Shown here: piece by piece, positions 51,901 through 64,000 of the stretch | Position numbering within the stretch: position 1 is the first letter of the stretch | Layout of the letters: each line of letters opens with the position of its first letter | Origin: Chrysomallon squamiferum | Taxonomy: Eukaryota; Animalia; Mollusca | Length of the DNA stretch: 64,000 nucleotides | Assembly: GCA_012295275.1 (NCBI GenBank) | Contig: CM022671.1 | Coordinates: 12,090,001-12,154,000, forward strand | Direction: 5' to 3' | The notes under the pieces: generated by a model | The model's database searches: none | Told to the model about the DNA's origin: nothing | Seen by the model: only the letters and a program-made list of their open reading frames with translations | Made by a program: the position numbers and the translations under genes

Positions 51901-54611
51901 TGTTAGACCTCATTTTGTAGAAAAAGACTTATTGTTTGAGTAGCTTCTTTTAGTATAGATAAATGAGTTTTTTAAAGTAATGCTTATTAAAATGTTTAAT
52001 GGATGATACTATATATTTTCATATCTAAAATATATTTCTCTTCCTTTGCAGGAATAAGTCAGGGATATGGGGTTGGAGAAGTGATAAGACAGAATTTGTT
52101 AATGGATATGAATGCAAGGTATTGTTTTCTTACATGTTCAGCATCACGGATGTTCAGTTGCAGCTCCTCCACCACTGTTAAAATATAGAAATGATTTATA
52201 CATTTCTTTTTTGTTTTTTTGTATATAATAAAAAACGAAAAACATGTTCAGACTCTCCAAAGCCACGGCTTATTCCACTTTTAATCTGTATGAGATATTA
52301 TCTTCTAAAACTATTAATGATCAGACCTATTTTGTTTCTAACACATATACCTAACATAAAGATAAAAGTATTAGTATCCTCTTATAATATTAGAAAATTA
52401 TGGTGCAAGCATTTTATAAAAATGTATTTGTTTTTGGTCATAGGTATTTAGTGCAACCAATGTGGAATTGGTTACCAAAACTAGAACAGAGCATTTAACA
52501 CAACAGGATAAAGAAAAATCCAAGAAAATTGTTAAGACACCACTGGAATCATTTCTGGGAGTGGCTGAAGAACATACAAAAATTAACAGTGTATCAAACG
52601 GGGTACTTGTCATATAATAGAAGTTCTTTGTTCATTAACCTTTTAACTTGAAATTACTTAGTTATTAAAATTAAACTGAAGATGTCTTAATGTTTTTCTC
52701 CTGTTTTTTTTCACATTATTTTTTAAAAATGATTAATATTTGTAGCCTGAACTGTTGCATTTTAAAAAGCACTTTAAGACCCTGGTTTCCATAAATAACT
52801 ATTAGTTAGTATTTTTGATTACGATAATTAACACTAGAAAATACAACAGTGGGTTTTTAACACATTACAATTAAAAATAAAGTATAAAATTCTCTTATTT
52901 TTCTTCTGGAATTTGAACTCATTTCCAATTTCGTTTACATGCTCTATGATGAATTAAACATTAATCTGGTTTATATACTCACAGGACATAGCAGCAATGT
53001 CTTACAACCCTTGTGATATTTCTGCAGAGGACTATTTTAACAAATATGTTGATTTGGAGGGCAAGGACATTGGTCGCCCTAAGGAGCAGACAACAAAAAC
53101 ACAAAAGTTCAAGGCCACTCTGTGGCTGTGTGAATCATTTCCCCTGTCTCTTCAAGAGCAGGTGATTCCAATTATTGACCTCATGGCAGCTAGTAATGCA
53201 CACTTCAAGAAACTACGAGATTTCATCACACTTCAGATCCCATCTGGATTTCCAGTCAAAATTGGTATGAACAGCAATCTTGGTTCAGTGTGTTCTGTTA
53301 AAATATATTGTTAAAGTGTACATGATAGTATTTAGTAATACACATTTTGTATATTTGGGAATGATTGTTTTATTTGTATTTTGTTACTAATCTTTGCAAA
53401 TCCTGTTGTATGATGGCAATAATTACATGTTGTATAAATAATTTGTATGTATTGAAAAGTTTATAAATAATGCTTCATTTGGTATTTATTTCTAGAAATT
53501 CCAATTTTCCATGTCCTGAATGCAAGGATAACGTTTGGTAACATATTTGCAATGGACCACCCAGTGGAAATGGTGACCTACGTTAGTGAGGAAGGAAATA
53601 TGTCATGTATTATCAATGAATCCTGCTTCGAGGCACCACTTTCATATGGTCGTCTTGGTAAGAACTGTTAAATTCCTGACATGTTTGTGAGTGAAAAGTA
53701 TTTGTTATTCATTGTGGACTCAAGCTGAATAGTCGATTGTATAATCTCATCACATGTTGGTCATTTCCCATCCCAGCAGTTTTTCCATTGCTGCAATGTG
53801 GTTCCTGCCTGCCAGTAATTATTATTTTATATGTTAATTTACTTTCTTATTAAATTATTATATCATTATGTAGAAAACCATTTGTGAAGATTGGCCATTG
53901 AAACTGATACTTCATGCTGTTTACTGATACATTCTACTTGTTCTGCAGGTGATGCCCATCATGAGCGACTGCATGATGAAGATGATGAACTTCTTCAGTT
54001 TGCCATACAACAAAGTTTGGTAGAGGCTGGTTCTGAAAATGATCAGGTGACATTCTGGGAAGCCTTGAACAGATCCCAGCCATCTGCAGCCAGTCTGGGA
54101 GATGATGAAGAGACACAACTCCAAAGGTAATACATGTTTAAAACTATATCACATGTTAGTATTACTGAATCTTGATTTATCTTGAAGGAGAAATTCTGTT
54201 TTTAACAGGGGCTACTCTTTTTGACTAGTAGCAAAGAATCTTTTTTTCAAAAACAATTCCCTGATACAGGGAAAAATATGCCACCTCCTTTGATAAATTA
54301 TTTACAAATATTTCAATTTGATACATGTTAGTAATTGCTAAAATTATGATATATTTAGTTCAGTAAAATTTATTTTTATTGTGTTAAATCATTAACTATG
54401 TTTAAACAGGGCAATAGCAGAAAGTCTAGGCACCGTAGATCCACCTGAAATAACTGACAATCTACCGCCGCCCCACCCGCTGTCTGAGGAGGATCAGGTT
54501 CGACTGGTGCTAGAAATGTCGCAGCAGGAGCAAGACGCTGCTGAGAGAAGACGGAAGTTAGAGGAGGAGGAATTAGAAATGATTTTAAAACTGTCACTCA
54601 CAGATAAATGA
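49000..54611 (+). CDS. ANKRD13: Ankyrin repeat domain-containing protein 13 (ankyrin repeats, central conserved domain, C-terminal UIMs); 13 exons
   Basis: Exons 49000-49095 ([10 protein letters not shown]), 49425-49560 ([12 protein letters not shown]), 49961-50085, 50427-50472 ([11 protein letters not shown]), 50795-50848, 51100-51189 (RIDTTLLGF), 51616-51799, 52052-52118 ([11 protein letters not shown]), 52444-52602, 52985-53264 ([17 protein letters not shown]), 53496-53657, 53949-54126 ([13 protein letters not shown]), 54410-54611 ([15 protein letters not shown]). Confidence 0.96.
49819..49919. repeat. ~100-bp dispersed direct repeat, second copy at about 51829-51929
   Basis: accgtttt...ttttgct.ataaaattaaaa.ctttactatgaataa.attataattttgtta.acctcatt.tgtagaaaaagact is present in two ANKRD13 introns. 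Confidence 0.9.
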
Positions 54612-55957
54612 TGAGAAATAGGAAAGTTAAATTTTTTTAAAGTAAAATTTAAATACATTTTGTTTACAGCAAGTTACTGGTGTGTTAGGTTTTCGTGTCC
54701 AGTTTTTGCTAATTAAAAATGGATCAGTAAATAAAAGATTATTAAGATGCAAGACGGCTGAATTTTATCATTGTTGTTTTGGAGAGAAATTAAAAACAAA
54801 TTTGTGAGAGACAGATTTCTAGTATTTCATGTACTTTCATTTTTATGTTTCTTTTGAGCTAATAATTTAAAAAAGAGAGACGTAATTTCAGCCCTTACCC
54901 ATCTAAGTATGCATATTTTATTATTAGCAGAAACTGGTTACTGGAAATAGTAAATCAGTAAGTTCTTTATACTACTTTAACTGGTACTGAATATTAGTTC
55001 ATAACTTTAAACTTGGTCTATATTCTGAAACTGAGTTTAGCTGAAAGAACTAGCAGAACATTGAATTTATTTCATGCTATTCCAAAAAGATGTAAAACCA
55101 ATTTAATAAGAAAAAAAAAAGATGTTAAATTTATAAATGTCTAAAATAATAATGGGAAAAACAAAGTGAAATTGTTTTTTTGTTTTTTTTAAGTGTTTTG
55201 GTGATTGTTAAGTGTTCATTAATTCTTGTCAGTTTCTTTTTCTATCAGTCATTTGTTAAATATTTTATTTATGTAATTTTTATGTGCAATGACACGTTTT
55301 GTTGTGGATGTGATGCAGTTTCAATTCTTACTGTGGAATCAATAGTTAGATTCCACAGTGTGACATGAAACTGCTGCTAACAGCTAAGTGCTTTACCTTT
55401 TTTCACATTAAATCATGTTTTGAGCCCAGTATGTAAAAGTATGCTGTAGTAGCAACATGTTAATAACTCACTGGTGTTATTGTTGTTACTTACACTAGCT
55501 AAGATATATTTTTATTATAAAGTCTTTAACAGTTGCCAAAATTATTGAGCTTTTAGTGTTATTATTAAAATAAATTTTATTTAGCACTAATGACTGTTAC
55601 AAGTGATATCATTTATGTTATTCATTAAAATTTAAATTAGGTTAATACGAGGAAGAGACTTAAATGCAGTTTTAAAGAAGCGTACAATTTTAGAATTTTT
55701 GTTTAATCCTGTCACAGCTCAGAACTAATGTCTGTGTAATCCTAGAAAATGTTCAATTTTTAAATCTGTAGATAAAAAAAATTGTTTTTATTTGTAACAT
55801 CTGAAATTCAGAAATTTACATTTTTTTTAATTCTGCGAAGGTACTTCATTCCCAAATATATTTCATATAATATATTTTACATACAGAACAATGTTGACTT
55901 CCTTGTTATTTAGATTTTATTTAACTTTTCATTTTTTTTAAATTTATTTATTGCCAC

Positions 55958-56000
<43 letters not shown>

Positions 56001-59000
56001 GTAACCCACTGAGGATCTCTCTTTTCCAAACGCTTGGGACTGTAATATAAGGATGTAACCAGAGAACAGGATTTAAGTCTAAATATTCCATTTATAGCTT
56101 ATACAGATACTCTGCAGGATTTTTTAATTATGATTTTAATAATTTTGTTTGTGAAATAAAGTTTTGTGTGTGCTAAATCAACTGAAATCTAAGATATAAC
56201 CAGTTTGGTTGCTTGCAAGAAGTTTAGGATTTTGAAATTTTGGATGAGGAATCCTTAATCCATCTTATTATTATTATTCTATTTTACCCTCGAGTTAAAA
56301 CTGTATTTCCTCACTGATATTCTCTGTAAACTGATAAGAAAAAAAGAGAATGATTTGAATGCAATTAAAACAAATGGTAATTCTGCTAATGAACAGCTAC
56401 AAACACACATTCACAGCATTAATACATGTGATAAAAATCTTTTTATTTATTTGAAAATTATTATTTATTTGTATTCAAATGTAGAAGATACTATTAATAT
56501 GTTGATATTAGTACTGATGTTTTTTTATTTATTATTATTATTTTTAAATAAAAATATGTATCTTTCTTTTCTGTATTTACTGTTTATTGATGTTATTTTG
56601 CTATTATCTAACTGAGCACTGTACACTGCAATCTTAATATCAGTCAAGAAATACACAAACAGAAATTATATACTTCTTAAAATTATTTTAAATTGAAAGG
56701 TAGAAAAACAAATAGTTTGTATAAACAAGTAGCACTATTGTTTGGTAAATGGTAATGCAGATGTTTTAAAACATTAAAATATTAATTAATTAAATAAATA
56801 AGTAAATGACAAATAATAATAAAATATTTGATATTACTTTTATTTTAAAATGGATTATAAACTTATTTATCATTAAGAATTTGCTTTTTGTATGAGAATA
56901 TTCAGTCCCTAAAATTGTGAACTTTTGGTATACCTCCTGTTACAATCACAAACCAATCACAAACATTCATTGTGCAATTATGTATTTGAACTGATTTGTA
57001 ATGTATATATTTTTATATTATATACTGTAATGCATGAAATGCTTACATACTTTAAATATAATCTTATGTCTTGCTTGTAGTGCCATAAGTCTGACAACAG
57101 CTGTGTTAAAAACTAAATTGAAAGCTATGAACATACTACACACAACACAACAAACCCTACAGTTAAGAAAATTATTATGGTTAGATAAAATATCCTGGAA
57201 AAAATAATATTTTACATTTTAAAAATGTGTAGATTTAAAATTTTGTTATTATTTGATTTGCATATTATTAAAAAAAAACTTTACATATATCGCTGACAGT
57301 ATATTTCTGGTATAAATAAATAGGTCCATTTTTCAATTTACTTTATTTATTTACTTGTTCATTTATTTATTTTTGTTGATGTGGTTCTTGTTTAAAAAAA
57401 TCATTAAATTATTACAAGTGTTTCTTGATAAATAAAATGTTTGTTTTTTTTTGTTTTTTTTTATCAGTAATTTTAATGAAATGGTTAACTGAGTTTTCAC
57501 ACAAAGTAAGATTACAGAACTGTAGAACCTTTACTGATTTTTAATTAGTGGAGCCTAAAATCTAGAGTGGCATGTATCATTAAGTTTATTTACATCATCT
57601 AATTATTTATTGTATTTAATTTAAAATTTTAAGAATCTGAAAAGAAAATATTTATTTTCAAGTACTTCTGTTTTCAGCATTTTGTACATTACTGTAATAT
57701 ATATTCTCAAAGTGATACTTATATAAATATTTTATTATTACATTAACTAGAATATCTAGTCACCAGTTTGTCAGAAATGAACCTTTTATGTGTGTAATAA
57801 TTATATACTGATATATATATATATATATATATAGTATAATTTGTATTTCTTATACGTTTTATTAAAAGTTTTTCCTTGGACTATCTGCCCCTAACAACTT
57901 GGGATACAAGATAGTTGGCTTGTATTGTATATTTTATTACAATGCTGCTTTTCTCTGTTTTTAATTGCCTTTTTAAAATTTATATTCTGTTTAATTTAAG
58001 GCCAAAGGCAATGGAAGTGTTATCTGATGTTTTTGTTTGTGGAGGCATATCTTCAACACATATCATAATCTCTTACATGATTATTAGCATTAGTGTCTGA
58101 TCATTCGAGAAAAGCATGTATCTTGAATAGGTACAGTTTGTTGTGATATTACCAGAGACACTTCAGAATAATATGATCTTATTGGAATTGGTGCAATATT
58201 TATTTGTAAACCATGACAGTATGCTCAATGTATGTGTTTTGTTCACATTGTTAGTTACATAAGCACTGTGTTCAGTATTGCTGTTTTTTCAGTGTTCTTT
58301 GTGATCTGTTAAGTTAAAATTCTGTTAGCACAAACAATTAAACCTCGTGATTTCTGTTAGTGACTGTTTTGAAGTTTAAGACTTTATTCTTTGAAGGTAC
58401 TGATTACAAACATCCCGAATGGTTTTGTATATTTTGAAATAAGAAAATTCTTTATAGTTGCATGCACATCCTTGTGAATTACGCTTTGTGTCATTTGCCA
58501 AAATACTGCTAGGAAAATAATAAAGCAGTAATAATTCATATCAATTATTGTCTTATTTTTTGTTTTTTGCATACTGATTGAAAAACAGATTAAATGATGG
58601 ACTGTTGTTCAAATCTGGTGATTAAAATACACTGTGTCAGTTCCAAGAGTTGGCAAAATGTTGGGAATACTTTGCATGTTAAGGGGACACTATTGAAAAA
58701 TGACAGGATTTGAATAAACAAAATTGGTTTTTAGTTTTTGATATGACCATTTTGAAAAAGTAAATAAAAATTATTTTTCAGATTTATGTTTCAGGGTTTT
58801 TGCAAAAGGAAGTGCACATTCACAGATTACATCTTTTTCTGTACAATCTTAACATCTTTTGGAAAGATGCTGTATGAAAACTGTTTGTGCTATAGTTTCC
58901 AAATTTGGAATATATATATATGAAAAAAATAAAAAAAATAAAAATAACGGAAAGAAAATATTGGAAAAATTAATTATTCATATAACATTTATACAACTTT

Positions 59001-59745
59001 ATTTTGTATCAAAATATGAATGAAAAATGTATTATTTGAAAAAAGAAAAAAAAAAGCATAATTTCTTTCTATAGTGTCTATAATGAACCCCTGCAGTTTG
59101 AATAATATATACATATATTGGTTTAGGTTGGAGAGGTTAATGAAATGGGATACTATAATATTAAAAAAAGCCAAAAATAAAAGTAACAATTTGTCATAAA
59201 AAATAAACTAGTACTAGTAACAAAAGGGGATTATTTCCATCAAGTTTCAGTTCTGCAACAAAAAAATTAAGATTTTGTGATTTTGCAATACGTGTGCCCT
59301 TAAATCACGTAAACTGATAAGATAAATGCCTTTTGCTTTTCCCATTCCCTTGCTTTTTTAAACAGTAATCCCTGCAACTATGGAGGTTTTATTTTGAATA
59401 AGTTGTATATTATACATAATATGACTTTATATTTAGACTTTGGCTCTTAATGTCAGGCTCTCTCCTTTTTATCCAAAATCTGAAACATTGAAATGTCAGA
59501 AATACTTACAGTCCCAGATATTTTGGATATCTCATATAGTCTGATTTGTTTGCAAAAGGAAAGTAATCACCATTTTGTCTGAAAATACTAATCATCTTAG
59601 GTAGATAAACACTGGTTATTATTAGGATAAACTTCAATATGCAACCTGTTTTTTAATTGTTTTTTTAATTATTCTGCCTGCATATCATCTTCACCATTTA
59701 AACCACAACACTGAAGAACAAATACACAAACATTTATAACATTTG

Positions 59746-64000
<4,255 letters not shown>

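Overview
AT-rich, intron-rich animal genomic DNA. The protein sequences suggest an invertebrate bilaterian, probably a mollusc or other lophotrochozoan (inference, not proven). By manual splicing I reconstruct five genes: (1) a complete L1CAM/neuroglian-like adhesion molecule (- strand, 6 Ig + 5 FN3 + TM) whose main cytoplasmic tail lacks FIGQY; (2) a small 4-exon SELENOM/Sep15-family selenoprotein gene (+ strand) that the ORF track mostly misses, with an in-frame TGA, a type II SECIS, a U12-type intron and no cysteine at all (GxxU instead of CxxU); (3) the ArfGAP GIT (- strand), head-to-head with (4) ANKRD13 (+ strand), the same arrangement as human GIT1/ANKRD13B and GIT2/ANKRD13A; (5) a 5'-truncated matrix metalloproteinase (- strand). 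Mobile DNA includes a decayed Ty3/gypsy-like LTR element with integrase upstream of RT (Gmr1-type order), a Tigger-derived element, and Tc1/mariner, RTE-LINE and integrase-like transposon remnants. Several unannotated candidate micro-exons and alternative exons are visible. All exon boundaries were read by eye and need RNA-seq confirmation.
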